Of a stretch of 64,000 nt of DNA, positions 54,397 to 64,000 are shown piece after piece. Source of the DNA: an uncultured Pelagibacteraceae bacterium (GTDB lineage: Bacteria; Pseudomonadota; Alphaproteobacteria; Pelagibacterales; Pelagibacteraceae). The position numbers were made by a program, and so were the translations under genes. Location: the NCBI GenBank assembly GCA_902617415.1, contig CACMWQ010000002.1, positions 98,884 to 162,883 on the forward strand. Reading direction: 5' to 3'. The notes below the pieces were generated by a model. That model made no database searches. It was not told the DNA's origin and saw only the letters and a program-made list of their open reading frames with translations. The stretch's first letter is position 1. Each line of letters starts with the position of its first letter.

Positions 54397-54813
54397 TTAA
54401 AAATTTACTAAAGCTTTTTTGAGATATTTTTTATCTAATTTACAATCTTTATAGCCCTGCCTAACAACATTTAGATATCTTTCTGTGGGATATCTAAAAA
54501 TTGTTTTTTTAGGCATTATGTAAGTCATCACAGTATTGTTGTAATACTTAAAATACATTTTTTTATAAAGAATTGGATAATCTTCATAAATATCAAGTTT
54601 TTTTTCATCACTTTTTGATATCTCGTACAAACCACCAGGCACAATTGAATTATTTTTCTTTTCTATATCTGCTGCACGATACTTGCTTCTGAAATTAAGT
54701 GTATATCCTTTTAAATTTATCTTTTTAATAAATTTAGAATCTTTACATCTTCTTTTCATTTGAAAATGATTTAGATTACTTCCGTAAGCGAAATAAAGCA
54801 TATTAACGCTCAA
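54397..54813 (-). CDS. Gamma-glutamylcyclotransferase (AIG2/GGCT-like)
   Basis: 138 aa with the N-terminal YFAYGSNLNHFQMKRRC motif. Confidence 0.7.
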   Translation of the reverse strand: MSVNMLYFAYGSNLNHFQMKRRCKDSKFIKKINLKGYTLNFRSKYRAADIEKKNNSIVPGGLYEISKSDEKKLDIYEDYPILYKKMYFKYYNNTVMTYIMPKKTIFRYPTERYLNVVRQGYKDCKLDKKYLKKALVNF

Positions 54814-55552
54814 CTATTTCAATTTGTTTATCTTTAACAAACTTAAGTATTTCTGAATTGCATTTATCAATTTTTGTTTTATCTACTGATCTCACAACGA
54901 TTGATACCCCTAATTTTCCAGCTTTAAAAAAAGGATAACTTCCGATTTCAACTTCAGAATTATTATTTTGAACCTCTGTTAAAGATTTAGCTATTTCACT
55001 CTCAACAGTTCTTAAATTAATTGTTTCACTTAGTATTGGCTCTCCACCAATCAAAAGGTTATTTAAACTTCCAAGCATGGCTTTCATAATAGATGGAACT
55101 CCTGGAAGACAAAATACATTTTCAACATAAAAGCCTGGAGCACCACTAGAGGGGTTTAAAATTAAATTAGCACTAACAGGCATTTTAGCCATCTTTTGTC
55201 TACCTTCATTAAATTCTCCTGGCTTATAATAATTTTCTAGTATTGAAAAAGCATCTTTATGAAAACCGTATTCAATATTAAATGCTTTAGAAACAGATTC
55301 TGCAGTAATATCATCATGAGTTGGTCCTATTCCTCCCGTGGTAAATATATATGAATATTTTTCTCTCAGCTCGTTAATAGTATTTATAATAATATTTTCA
55401 TCATCAGGAATTACTCTAACTTCTGCTACAGGTATACCTAATGAATTTAACCAAATAGCTAAAGTGCTTGTATTAACATCTTGTGTTCTACCTGATAGAA
55501 CTTCGTTACCGATAATTAAAATACCAGCATTTATCTCTTTTTTATTTTTCAT
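54803..55552 (-). CDS. CinA-like / MoCF-biosynthesis (MoaB/MogA-fold) domain protein
   Basis: 249 aa with IIGNEVLSGRTQDVN and TTGGIGPTHDDIT blocks. Confidence 0.75.
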   Translation of the reverse strand: MKNKKEINAGILIIGNEVLSGRTQDVNTSTLAIWLNSLGIPVAEVRVIPDDENIIINTINELREKYSYIFTTGGIGPTHDDITAESVSKAFNIEYGFHKDAFSILENYYKPGEFNEGRQKMAKMPVSANLILNPSSGAPGFYVENVFCLPGVPSIMKAMLGSLNNLLIGGEPILSETINLRTVESEIAKSLTEVQNNNSEVEIGSYPFFKAGKLGVSIVVRSVDKTKIDKCNSEILKFVKDKQIEIVER

Positions 55553-55574
55553 ATGTAAATATAAGTAAATTTAT

Positions 55575-56261
55575 ATGAAATTTACAAATAGCCTTATTAA
55601 AGGAAAATTATTAAAAAGATATAAAAGATTTTTCGCCGATATAAAAGTAAATAGCAAGATTATAACGGCACATTGTCCTAACACTGGATCTATGCAGGGT
55701 CTCTTGGACGAGGGTAATGAAGTTCTAGTTACAGAACACAATGATCCAAAGAGAAAACTGAAATTTACATTAGAAATTATTAAAGCAAATAAAAGATACG
55801 TTGGTGTAAATACTCATAGAGCTAACAAAATTGTTAATCATGGATTAGAAAATAAATTAATATCTGAGTTTAAAACTATCAACAATATTAAACCAGAATT
55901 TAAATTTAGTGATGATACAAGATTTGATTTTTTATGTGATAATTATTTAATAGAAGTAAAGAATGTAACATTATTTAGAGAAAATGATATTGCGGAATTT
56001 CCTGATGCAGTAACATCAAGAGGAACAAAACATCTAAATATGCTAATTAAATCAATTAAAAAAGGATATAAGCCATATGTCTTATTTTTAACGCAAATTC
56101 AAAATATAAATAATTTTAGAATTGCAAAAGATATTGACCACATTTATTTTGAAAATTACAAAAAAGCAAAAAAAGCTGGAGTAAAATTTCTCGCTTATAG
56201 ATGCAAACTGAGTTCTAAAGAGATTAAAATTGAAAAAAAAATTAATATTTTAGATGACTGA
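55575..56261 (+). CDS. sfsA: Sugar fermentation stimulation protein SfsA
   Basis: 228 aa with the RYKRFFADI...AHCPNTGSM signature. Confidence 0.85.
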   Translation: MKFTNSLIKGKLLKRYKRFFADIKVNSKIITAHCPNTGSMQGLLDEGNEVLVTEHNDPKRKLKFTLEIIKANKRYVGVNTHRANKIVNHGLENKLISEFKTINNIKPEFKFSDDTRFDFLCDNYLIEVKNVTLFRENDIAEFPDAVTSRGTKHLNMLIKSIKKGYKPYVLFLTQIQNINNFRIAKDIDHIYFENYKKAKKAGVKFLAYRCKLSSKEIKIEKKINILDD

Positions 56262-57024
56262 TTATAAAGAAAAATTTGAAAAGATGAGAGTTGCTGGGAA
56301 GCTTGCATCCAAAACTTTAGACATGCTTACAGATTATATTAAACCAGGAGTATCGACAGATAAGATTGATAAATTGGGTTATGAATTTATAAAAGATAAT
56401 GGTGGCTATTCAGCTCCGTTATTTTACAGAGGTTTTGAAAAATCACTCTGCACATCATTGAATCATGTAGTTTGTCATGGAATACCCTCTGAGAGAATTT
56501 TAGAAGATGGTGATGCAGTTAATGTTGATGTGACAGCGGTCATTGATAATCATTATGGGGATACAAGCAGAATGTATGAAATTGGAAATGTACCTGTTAA
56601 GGCAAAAAATTTAATCGAAGCAACTTATGACTCATTAATGAAAGCAATATCAATTTTACAACCAGGTAAAAAACTTGGTGATATAGGGTTTGAAATTCAA
56701 TCTTATGTTGAAAACAAAGGTTATTCAGTTGTAAGAGATTTTTGTGGTCACGGAATAAGTAATGTATTTCATGAACCTCCTAATATTCTCCATTATGGAT
56801 CAAAAAATACTGGTAAAGAATTAATTCCAGGTATGACTTTTACTATTGAACCAATGATAAATTATGGAAAATATGATACAAAAGTTTTAAATGATGGGTG
56901 GACTGCAGTAACTAAAGATAAATCATTATCAGCACAATTTGAGCATACTGTTGGTATCACAGAAGATTCATATGAAATTTTCACAGAATCTGTTAAAGGT
57001 TATACGAGGCCCCCATATAATTAA
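56254..57024 (+). CDS. map: Methionine aminopeptidase type I
   Basis: 256 aa. Metal ligand contexts VCHGIP, DVTA, GHGI, EPMI and QFEHT. Confidence 0.95.
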   Translation: MTDYKEKFEKMRVAGKLASKTLDMLTDYIKPGVSTDKIDKLGYEFIKDNGGYSAPLFYRGFEKSLCTSLNHVVCHGIPSERILEDGDAVNVDVTAVIDNHYGDTSRMYEIGNVPVKAKNLIEATYDSLMKAISILQPGKKLGDIGFEIQSYVENKGYSVVRDFCGHGISNVFHEPPNILHYGSKNTGKELIPGMTFTIEPMINYGKYDTKVLNDGWTAVTKDKSLSAQFEHTVGITEDSYEIFTESVKGYTRPPYN

Positions 57025-58316
57025 TGATATCAAGATATTCTAGAAAAGAACTTGTCAGTATTTGGTCTGAAGAAAACAAATATAAAATTTGGTTAGATGT
57101 AGAAGTTGCTGCAGCTGAGGCAATGGAAAAATATAAAATTATTCCTAAAGGAGTTGCTTCATTAGTAAAAAAAAAAGGTAAAATCAAAGTTAAAAGAATT
57201 CATGATATAGAGGCAAAAGTTAAGCATGATGTTATTGCTTTTTTGACATCAATTACGGAACAAGCGGGTCTTAAAGCAAGATACCTTCATCAAGGAATGA
57301 CCTCATCTGACGTTTTAGATACAACTTTAAATGTTCAATTGGTTCAATCAGGAAACATTTTATTAAGAGACATTGATAAAATTTTATCTGTTCTAAAAAA
57401 ACAAGCAAAAAAATATAAATTAACTCCATGTATTGGAAGAAGTCATGGAATTCATGCGGAACCAATTACTTTTGGACTAAAATTAGCTTCATTTTATGAT
57501 GAATTTAAAAGAAATAAATTAAGATTAAAAGATGCAATAGAAAATGTATCAACATGCGCAATTTCAGGAGCAGTAGGAACGTTTGCAAATATAAATCCTA
57601 AAGTCGAAACTTATGTTGCAAAAAAATTAAAATTAAAAGCTGAGCCAATTTCAACTCAAATAATTCCAAGAGATAGACATGCGCATTATTTTTCAGTGCT
57701 TGGGATTATTGCTGGATCTGTTGAAAGAGTTGCAACAGAAATAAGGCATTTACAAAGATCTGAAGTTTATGAATTACAAGAATATTTTTCAAAAGATCAA
57801 AAAGGCTCATCTGCTATGCCTCATAAAAAAAATCCAATATTAAGTGAAAATCTTACAGGACTTGCAAGAATGGTGAGAAGTTATGTAATACCAGCTTTAG
57901 AAAATATTTCTTTGTGGCATGAAAGAGACATTTCTCACTCCAGTGTTGAAAGAAATATTGGCCCAGATGCAAATATAACTTTAGATTTTGCATTAGTTAG
58001 ACTGTCAGGAATTTTAGAGAAAATGATTGTTTATCCAAAAACGATGATAAAAAATTTAAACTTAACAAGGGGTCTTGTTTTTTCTCAAGAGGTAATGTTA
58101 GAACTTACTAAATCAGGTATTGCTAGAGAGAAAGCTTATAGATTGGTTCAGTCTCATGCTAAAGCTAGTTTTGCAAAGAATACAAACCTATTAACACTTT
58201 TAAAAAGTGATAAATCAATCACTAGTAAAATAAGTGAAAAAAGATTAGATAAAATCTTTACTTATGACAAGCACTTAAAAAATGTAAATTATATATTTAA
58301 AAGAGTATTCAAATAA
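57024..58316 (+). CDS. purB: Adenylosuccinate lyase
   Basis: 430 aa. Contains the fumarate-lyase signature GSSAMPHKKNP. Confidence 0.95.
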   Translation: MISRYSRKELVSIWSEENKYKIWLDVEVAAAEAMEKYKIIPKGVASLVKKKGKIKVKRIHDIEAKVKHDVIAFLTSITEQAGLKARYLHQGMTSSDVLDTTLNVQLVQSGNILLRDIDKILSVLKKQAKKYKLTPCIGRSHGIHAEPITFGLKLASFYDEFKRNKLRLKDAIENVSTCAISGAVGTFANINPKVETYVAKKLKLKAEPISTQIIPRDRHAHYFSVLGIIAGSVERVATEIRHLQRSEVYELQEYFSKDQKGSSAMPHKKNPILSENLTGLARMVRSYVIPALENISLWHERDISHSSVERNIGPDANITLDFALVRLSGILEKMIVYPKTMIKNLNLTRGLVFSQEVMLELTKSGIAREKAYRLVQSHAKASFAKNTNLLTLLKSDKSITSKISEKRLDKIFTYDKHLKNVNYIFKRVFK

Positions 58317-59101
58317 TGAAAAAAGGAAAAAAATTGTACGAAGGTAAAGCAAAAATAATTTTTGCAAGTAATGATAAAAAATATGTTATCCAACATTTTA
58401 AAGATGACGCAACTGCATTTAATAATCAAAAAAAAGCAGTTATGGATGGAAAAGGAATTTTAAATAATAGGATTTCTGAACACATATTAACTCAATTAAA
58501 CCATGTTGGTATCAAAAATCATTTAGTAAAACGTTTAAATATGAGAGAACAACTAGTTCAGCATGTTGAAATTATACCTATTGAATTTATTGTAAGAAAC
58601 ATTGCAACTGGATCATTAACTAAAAGATTAGGCATTGAAGACGGAACAGTTTTAGATAATCCTTTAATAGAGTATTGCTTGAAAGATGATGACTTGGGTG
58701 ATCCTTTAGTAAGCACTGAACATATCTTAGCTTTTAAATGGATGGAGAAGGATGAACTAAAATTAATTAATAAAGAATTAAATAGAATTAACGATTTTCT
58801 TCAAGGGATGTTCAGAGGTGTTGGAATTAAACTTGTAGATTTTAAGGTGGAATTTGGAAGATATGAAAAAAATGGAAAAAAAGAGATCATGCTTGCTGAT
58901 GAAATAAGTCCAGATACATGCAGATTATGGGATGTAAATAGTGATAAAAAATTAGATAAAGATAGATTTAGAAAAGGTCTTGGTAATCTAATTGAAGCTT
59001 ATCAAGAAGTTGCAAGAAGATTGGATATTCTTCATGAACAATCAAATATAAGACCGTTAAAATACACTAAACCACAAGCAGTAAAGATTAAAAAGAAGTA
59101 A
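58316..59101 (+). CDS. purC: SAICAR synthetase
   Basis: 261 aa with YEGKAKI, VRN.ATGS and LADEISPDTCRLWD blocks. Lies in the pur operon context. Confidence 0.92.
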   Translation: MKKGKKLYEGKAKIIFASNDKKYVIQHFKDDATAFNNQKKAVMDGKGILNNRISEHILTQLNHVGIKNHLVKRLNMREQLVQHVEIIPIEFIVRNIATGSLTKRLGIEDGTVLDNPLIEYCLKDDDLGDPLVSTEHILAFKWMEKDELKLINKELNRINDFLQGMFRGVGIKLVDFKVEFGRYEKNGKKEIMLADEISPDTCRLWDVNSDKKLDKDRFRKGLGNLIEAYQEVARRLDILHEQSNIRPLKYTKPQAVKIKKK

Positions 59102-59334
59102 TGAAAATTAAAGTAATTGTAACTCTTAAAAATGGAGTTTTAGATCCTCAAGGAAAGGCAATTCAGCAAACTCTTAACGGAATGAACTTTGGTAATGTTG
59201 AGGATGTAAGACAAGGTAAATATTTTGAAATTGAGGTTAAAGAGAAAGATGAAAAGAAAGCAAAGTCTTTAGTAGATGATATGTGTAAAAAGCTATTGGC
59301 CAATCTTGTGATTGAGGATTACAAAATAGTTTAA
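59101..59334 (+). CDS. purS: FGAM synthase subunit PurS
   Basis: 77 aa with VLDPQGKAI. Located between purC and purQ. Confidence 0.9.
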   Translation: MKIKVIVTLKNGVLDPQGKAIQQTLNGMNFGNVEDVRQGKYFEIEVKEKDEKKAKSLVDDMCKKLLANLVIEDYKIV

Positions 59335-59337
59335 TTA

Positions 59338-60021
59338 ATGAGATCATCAGTCATTATATTTCCAGGATCAAATTGTGACAGAGACATGGATGTAGCTCTA
59401 AAAAAATTTGGTTTTAAAAATCAAATGGTTTGGCACAATGATCAATCTATTCCAAAATCAGATTTAATAGTACTACCTGGTGGCTTTTCTTATGGTGATT
59501 ATCTGAGATGTGGTAGCATAGCCTCTAAATCAAAAATTATAAAATCAGTGATTGATTTTGCTAATTCAGGCGGATTAGTTCTGGGAATTTGTAATGGTTT
59601 TCAAATTTTAACTGAAACAGGCTTGCTTAATGGAATTTTGCAACAAAATAAGTTTCTTAATTTTATATGCAGCAATGTTTATGTAAAAGTTAAAGATAAA
59701 CAAAATAAATATTTCAAAGATTTAAAAAAAGATATTTTAGAACTTCATATTGCTCATAATGAGGGAAATTACTTTTGTAGTGATGATGAATTAAAATCAT
59801 TGGAAGATAATAATCAAATAGCTGTAACGTATTGTGGAGAAGATGGTGCAGAAAACGAAGCAACTAATCCAAACGGAGCAATTAAAAATATAGCCGGAAT
59901 ATTTAATAAAAATAAAAATGTACTGGGAATGATGCCTCATCCTGAGAGAATGATAGATAAATATTTATCAGGTGAAGATGGTTCATTATTTTTCAAAAAT
60001 ATTTTAGATAATTTTAAATAA
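59338..60021 (+). CDS. purQ: FGAM synthase glutaminase subunit PurQ
   Basis: 227 aa. Nucleophile context GICNGFQ and PHPER. Confidence 0.92.
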   Translation: MRSSVIIFPGSNCDRDMDVALKKFGFKNQMVWHNDQSIPKSDLIVLPGGFSYGDYLRCGSIASKSKIIKSVIDFANSGGLVLGICNGFQILTETGLLNGILQQNKFLNFICSNVYVKVKDKQNKYFKDLKKDILELHIAHNEGNYFCSDDELKSLEDNNQIAVTYCGEDGAENEATNPNGAIKNIAGIFNKNKNVLGMMPHPERMIDKYLSGEDGSLFFKNILDNFK

Positions 60022-62213
60022 TGGAAGTTACAGAAGCAGTTGCGATAGATCACGGATTGAAAAAAGAGGAGTTTTCTAAAATATGTGAACTTCTTAAGAG
60101 AACACCTAATTTAACCGAGCTTGCGATATTTTCTGCAATGTGGAACGAACATTGCTCCTATAAGTCCTCAAGAAAACATTTAAAAAAAATGCACACCAAA
60201 GGAAAACAGGTTATTCAAGGACCTGGAGAAAATGCGGGTGTCATTGATATTGGAGATGATGATGCAATTGTATTTAAAATTGAAAGCCATAATCACCCTT
60301 CGTTTATTGAACCTTATCAAGGAGCAGCGACTGGTGTTGGTGGAATTATGAGGGATGTATTCACAATGGGAGCAAGACCAATAGCAAATCTAAATTCAAT
60401 TCATTTTGGTTCACCACAACATAAAAAAACAAGAAATTTATTAAGAGGAGTTGTTAAGGGTATAGGTGGATATGGTAATTGTATTGGAGTTCCAACAATT
60501 GCTGGCCAAACTACTTTTGATGAGTCTTACAATGGAAATATATTAGTAAATGCTATGACTCTTGGCTTAGTAAATAAAAATAAGATTTTTTATTCAAAAG
60601 CAGCTGGATTAGATAAACCAGTAATATACGTAGGTTCAAAAACTGGAAGAGATGGAATTCATGGTGCCAGTATGGCTTCAGCAACTTTCGATGACAAAAT
60701 TGAGGAAAAAAAACCAACAGTTCAAGTTGGAGACCCATTTACTGAAAAATTATTACTTGAAGCTTGTCTAGAATTAATGGCTGATAATTCAATTATTGCA
60801 ATTCAAGATATGGGTGCAGCAGGATTAACATCTTCGAGTGTGGAAATGGCATCAAAAGGAAATCTTGGAATTGAATTAAACCTTAGCGAGGTTCCTTGTA
60901 GGGAAGAAAAAATGACACCATATGAAATTATGTTGTCTGAAAGTCAAGAGAGAATGCTTATTGTTCTTGAAAAAGGAAAAGAAGAACATGCGAAGAAAAT
61001 ATTTGATAAATGGAACCTAGATTTTGCAGTTATAGGTAAAACAACGGACTCAAAAAAAATAGAATTAATTTTTGATAATAAAAAAGTTGCTGAAATACCA
61101 ATTGATCTTCTTGCTGAAAATGCTCCAATTTATGATCGTCCTTGGAAAAAAACTAAATTACCTCAAAAATTAAAATTTGATAAAGATGAATTTAAATCTC
61201 TAAAATTATCAGATTGCTTGAAGAAGATTTTAAGTAATTCAAACATTTCAGATAAAAAGTGGATATGGGATCAATATGATCATACTGTAATGGGTGACAC
61301 AATTCAAAAACCTGGAGGTGATGCTGGCGTTGTTAGAGTTCATGGGACCAATAAAGCAGTAGCAGCATCAGTAGATTCTTCTGCATTATATTGTTTCTCA
61401 CATCCATTGACTGGAGGAAAACAAATAGTTTGCGAGAGTTATAGAAATCTTATTTCGGTAGGAGCTAAACCTATTGCTATTACAAATTGTTTAAACTTTG
61501 GAAATCCAGAAAAAGAAAAAAATATGGGTGAATTCGTTGAATGTGTTGATGGAATTACAGAAGCAAGTAAGTATCTAGATTTTCCAGTCGTATCTGGAAA
61601 TGTTTCGTTTTATAACGAAACAAAAGATAAAGGCATAAAGCCTACGCCAACAATTGGAGGTGTTGGTCTAATTTCTGACTATCAACAAATGCTTACTATG
61701 GATTTTAAAACTGAAGGAAACTTAGTTTATGTAATTGGTAAAACCGATGGGCATTTAGATCAAAGTATTTTTGCAAGAGAGCTTTTAAATGAAAAAAAAG
61801 GTCCTCCGCCAACTGTTAATTTATTTAATGAAAAAAATATCGGAGAGACTGTATTAGATTTATCAAGAAAAAATCTTATTGTGAGTTGCCATGATGTATC
61901 ATTAGGTGGAATTTTAACAGCAGTATCAAAAATGTGTATTAAAGGAAAAAAAGGAATAAAAATTAATTCACTTAAAGGATTAACAAATAAATATGAATAT
62001 TTCTTTGGTGAAGATCAGGCTAGATATATTTTAGAAATACCTGAAGCTAGTTTGAAGAAAGTACAAGAGATTTTAAACAAATATTCAGTACATTTTGATG
62101 AATTAGGGACAATTAATGGAAAATCAATCGAATATAAAGATGATATCAATTTGCCTATTGAAGAATTAGCAGATGCACATAAATATTGGTTAAAGAAGTA
62201 TATGGATAGCTAA
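60021..62213 (+). CDS. purL: FGAM synthase subunit PurL
   Basis: 730 aa with the EHCSYKSS, ESHNHPS and GGIMRD motifs. Confidence 0.96.
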   Translation: MEVTEAVAIDHGLKKEEFSKICELLKRTPNLTELAIFSAMWNEHCSYKSSRKHLKKMHTKGKQVIQGPGENAGVIDIGDDDAIVFKIESHNHPSFIEPYQGAATGVGGIMRDVFTMGARPIANLNSIHFGSPQHKKTRNLLRGVVKGIGGYGNCIGVPTIAGQTTFDESYNGNILVNAMTLGLVNKNKIFYSKAAGLDKPVIYVGSKTGRDGIHGASMASATFDDKIEEKKPTVQVGDPFTEKLLLEACLELMADNSIIAIQDMGAAGLTSSSVEMASKGNLGIELNLSEVPCREEKMTPYEIMLSESQERMLIVLEKGKEEHAKKIFDKWNLDFAVIGKTTDSKKIELIFDNKKVAEIPIDLLAENAPIYDRPWKKTKLPQKLKFDKDEFKSLKLSDCLKKILSNSNISDKKWIWDQYDHTVMGDTIQKPGGDAGVVRVHGTNKAVAASVDSSALYCFSHPLTGGKQIVCESYRNLISVGAKPIAITNCLNFGNPEKEKNMGEFVECVDGITEASKYLDFPVVSGNVSFYNETKDKGIKPTPTIGGVGLISDYQQMLTMDFKTEGNLVYVIGKTDGHLDQSIFARELLNEKKGPPPTVNLFNEKNIGETVLDLSRKNLIVSCHDVSLGGILTAVSKMCIKGKKGIKINSLKGLTNKYEYFFGEDQARYILEIPEASLKKVQEILNKYSVHFDELGTINGKSIEYKDDINLPIEELADAHKYWLKKYMDS

Positions 62214-62443
62214 TGGCAATGGATTTAAAAGAAATTGAGAGTTTAATTAAAGAAGGATTACCTGACGCAAAAGTTGAAATTCAAGATTTAGCGGGTGATG
62301 GAAATCACTACTCTGCTACAGTGACATCGTCTGAATTTTCAGGTAAAAGTAAAATAGAACAACATAAAATGGTGTATAATTCTTTAAAAGGTAAAATGGG
62401 AAATGAGCTTCACGCTTTAGCAATTAAAACAAAGGAAATTTAA
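62213..62443 (+). CDS. bolA: BolA-family protein
   Basis: 76 aa with the GDGNHY...SKIEQHKMVY pattern. Paired with a monothiol glutaredoxin. Confidence 0.8.
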   Translation: MAMDLKEIESLIKEGLPDAKVEIQDLAGDGNHYSATVTSSEFSGKSKIEQHKMVYNSLKGKMGNELHALAIKTKEI

Positions 62444-62782
62444 ATGGAACAAGAAACAAATGATTTAATAAAAAGTGAAATTGAAAATAATGATGTATGT
62501 CTTTTTATGAAAGGTACACCTGATGCACCTCAGTGTGGATTTTCAATGGCAACTTCAAACATTTTAAAAGTTCTTGAAGTCAATTTTAAAGGTGTAAACG
62601 TTTTAGCTGATCAAAAGTTGAGAGAGGGAATAAAAGTATTTAGTGACTGGCCAACCATTCCTCAATTATATGTTAAAAATGAATTCATTGGTGGATGTGA
62701 CATTGTAAAAGAAATGTATGAAAATGGAGAGTTAGCAAAACTTTTTGAAGATAAAAATATTAAATTTAAAAGTAAAAATTAA
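62444..62782 (+). CDS. grxD: Monothiol glutaredoxin (Grx4/GrxD)
   Basis: 112 aa with the CGFS active site and WPTIPQLYV. Confidence 0.92.
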   Translation: MEQETNDLIKSEIENNDVCLFMKGTPDAPQCGFSMATSNILKVLEVNFKGVNVLADQKLREGIKVFSDWPTIPQLYVKNEFIGGCDIVKEMYENGELAKLFEDKNIKFKSKN

Positions 62783-62837
62783 ATTTCTTCATAGATTATT
62801 AAATTTTATTGTCCAATACATTATATAAAGATTTATT

Positions 62838-63998
62838 GTGTTAAAAAATTTAAAATCTTACTTTCTAATTTTTTTTATAACAATTTTAATATGGACGGTT
62901 AGTGACTTTTTTTTTGGTCGTAATCTATTAAATTCAATTAAATATGCAAATAATCATGGAACTATTCATCCTAACTATCATCATACCTTTTTGCCAAAAG
63001 TAAATAAGATTTTGTATTGGGCAGGACTTGAGTATAACTTTTGTACAGACAACCATGGTTTTAGAAATTCATGTAGCGCTGTTAAAGTAAGAGAAAAAAA
63101 TTTTGATATAGTTTTTATTGGAGATTCAGTAACTGAAGGTGTTGGATTAGATTATGAAGACACAATTGTGGGTATTATTAATAAAAATTTGAAAGATAAA
63201 AAAATTGCCAATCTTGCGGCCTCAAGTTATTCGACACACATTTATAATAATAAAATTAAATTCTTATTAAAAAATGGATATACTTTTAATGAGGTATTTG
63301 TTTTAATTGATCCAAGTGATATTCAAGATGACACAGAAATTTATAAAGTTTCTGGAAATACTGTTATAAGCAAAAATAGAAAGATAAGTTTTTATAATTT
63401 TTATATTGATAAGACTAAATATTTAGTAAAAAAAACATTTCCAATGACATATGAATTTTTAATCTTATTTAAAAAAAAATTTAATTTTAACAAAAAAAAT
63501 TTAAATCATATAGAGCTAAATGATAAAAGTAATATAAAAAATTTAGGTAACGAAGGTAAAAATACTTTAAAAATAAAATTACCAAAATATGAAAAAGAAT
63601 TTAAAAATATAGATTTAAGACGATTGGCTTGGACATATGATAAAAATATAAATTATGGAGAAATACCGGTTAAAGAATCTATTAAGATGTCAATAAATCA
63701 GATGAATCAATTATATGAAACTTTAATTTCGAAAAATATATCTTTATCTATTGTTATATATCCTTTGCCTCCACAATTAGCTTTTGACAAAGAATTATCG
63801 ATGCAAGTAAAAATCTGGGAAAAATTTTGTTATTTTAAATGCAAACAATTCATAAATTCATTTCCTTATTTTTTTGAAAAATTAAATGAAACATCATTCT
63901 TAGAAGTAAATAATAAGTATTTTATTAAAAATGACGTTCACTTTAATAAAAAAGGTAATCAGGCTATTGCAAATCTAATTACAAAACATTTTGATTAA
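62838..63998 (+). CDS. Membrane-anchored SGNH/GDSL-like hydrolase (tentative)
   Basis: 386 aa, GTG start, N-terminal hydrophobic helix. FIGDSVTEG (block I) and NDVHFNKKG (D-x-x-H block). Confidence 0.4.
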   Translation: MLKNLKSYFLIFFITILIWTVSDFFFGRNLLNSIKYANNHGTIHPNYHHTFLPKVNKILYWAGLEYNFCTDNHGFRNSCSAVKVREKNFDIVFIGDSVTEGVGLDYEDTIVGIINKNLKDKKIANLAASSYSTHIYNNKIKFLLKNGYTFNEVFVLIDPSDIQDDTEIYKVSGNTVISKNRKISFYNFYIDKTKYLVKKTFPMTYEFLILFKKKFNFNKKNLNHIELNDKSNIKNLGNEGKNTLKIKLPKYEKEFKNIDLRRLAWTYDKNINYGEIPVKESIKMSINQMNQLYETLISKNISLSIVIYPLPPQLAFDKELSMQVKIWEKFCYFKCKQFINSFPYFFEKLNETSFLEVNNKYFIKNDVHFNKKGNQAIANLITKHFD

Positions 63999-64000
63999 AT

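Overview
This window is an AT-rich, very compact alphaproteobacterial chromosome segment interrupted by an integrated T7-like podovirus of about 38.7 kb. The host looks SAR11/Pelagibacterales-like. That is inferred from composition, gene order and 1-4 nt gene overlaps, not from a database search.

Left host block (1-11958): rpoB cut by the window edge, rplL-rplJ-rplA-rplK-nusG-secE, tRNA-Trp, tuf, tRNA-Gly, tRNA-Tyr, a SpoU/TrmH methyltransferase, tRNA-Thr, NAD kinase, an intact tRNA-Leu(UAA), and a convergent GT2 + GT-C glycosylation gene pair.

Prophage (12022-50773): every CDS is on the minus strand and the sequence is visibly more G+C-rich than its flanks. Read in the direction of transcription, from high to low coordinates:
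- a single-subunit RNA polymerase encoded as two ORFs
- gp2.5-like SSB, endonuclease I, amidase/lysozyme, primase-helicase, family A DNA polymerase
- a plus-strand tRNA-Leu(UAA)
- 5'-3' exonuclease, portal, scaffold, a chain of tiny basic/membrane ORFs, major capsid
- tail tubular A/B, gp13-16-like internal proteins
- four fibre/receptor-binding proteins, small membrane proteins, TerS, TerL
- an early/lysogeny block with ArdA, an orphan 308-aa gene, an RHH protein, a MarR-like protein and a tyrosine integrase

This architecture resembles what I recall of integrase-bearing T7-like (HTVC019P-type) pelagiphages. I could not verify that without a search.

Right host block (50804-64000): an alpha/beta-hydrolase-like protein, a COG4091-like oxidoreductase, azlDC, GGCT, a CinA-like protein, sfsA, map, purB-purC-purS-purQ-purL, bolA, grxD and an SGNH-like protein.

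Most notable observations:
- The prophage cuts a tRNA-Leu(UAA) gene inside its anticodon loop (9-bp core) and does not rebuild it.
- The phage carries its own complete tRNA-Leu(UAA) in the opposite orientation to all phage genes.
- A second intact host copy of the tRNA lies 2 kb away.
- The RNAP gene is split exactly at the N-terminal-domain boundary, and the downstream ORF has its own Shine-Dalgarno (SD) sequence.
- Three recurrent motif families are present: an SP6/T7-like GGACACTWTAGAT, the ACGCTAGCGT palindrome, and TGTGCA arm repeats.
- A near-copy of half of attP lies 5 kb inside the phage.

No CRISPR array, rRNA gene or transposase was seen. All protein calls rest on motif recognition by eye and on synteny with T7.
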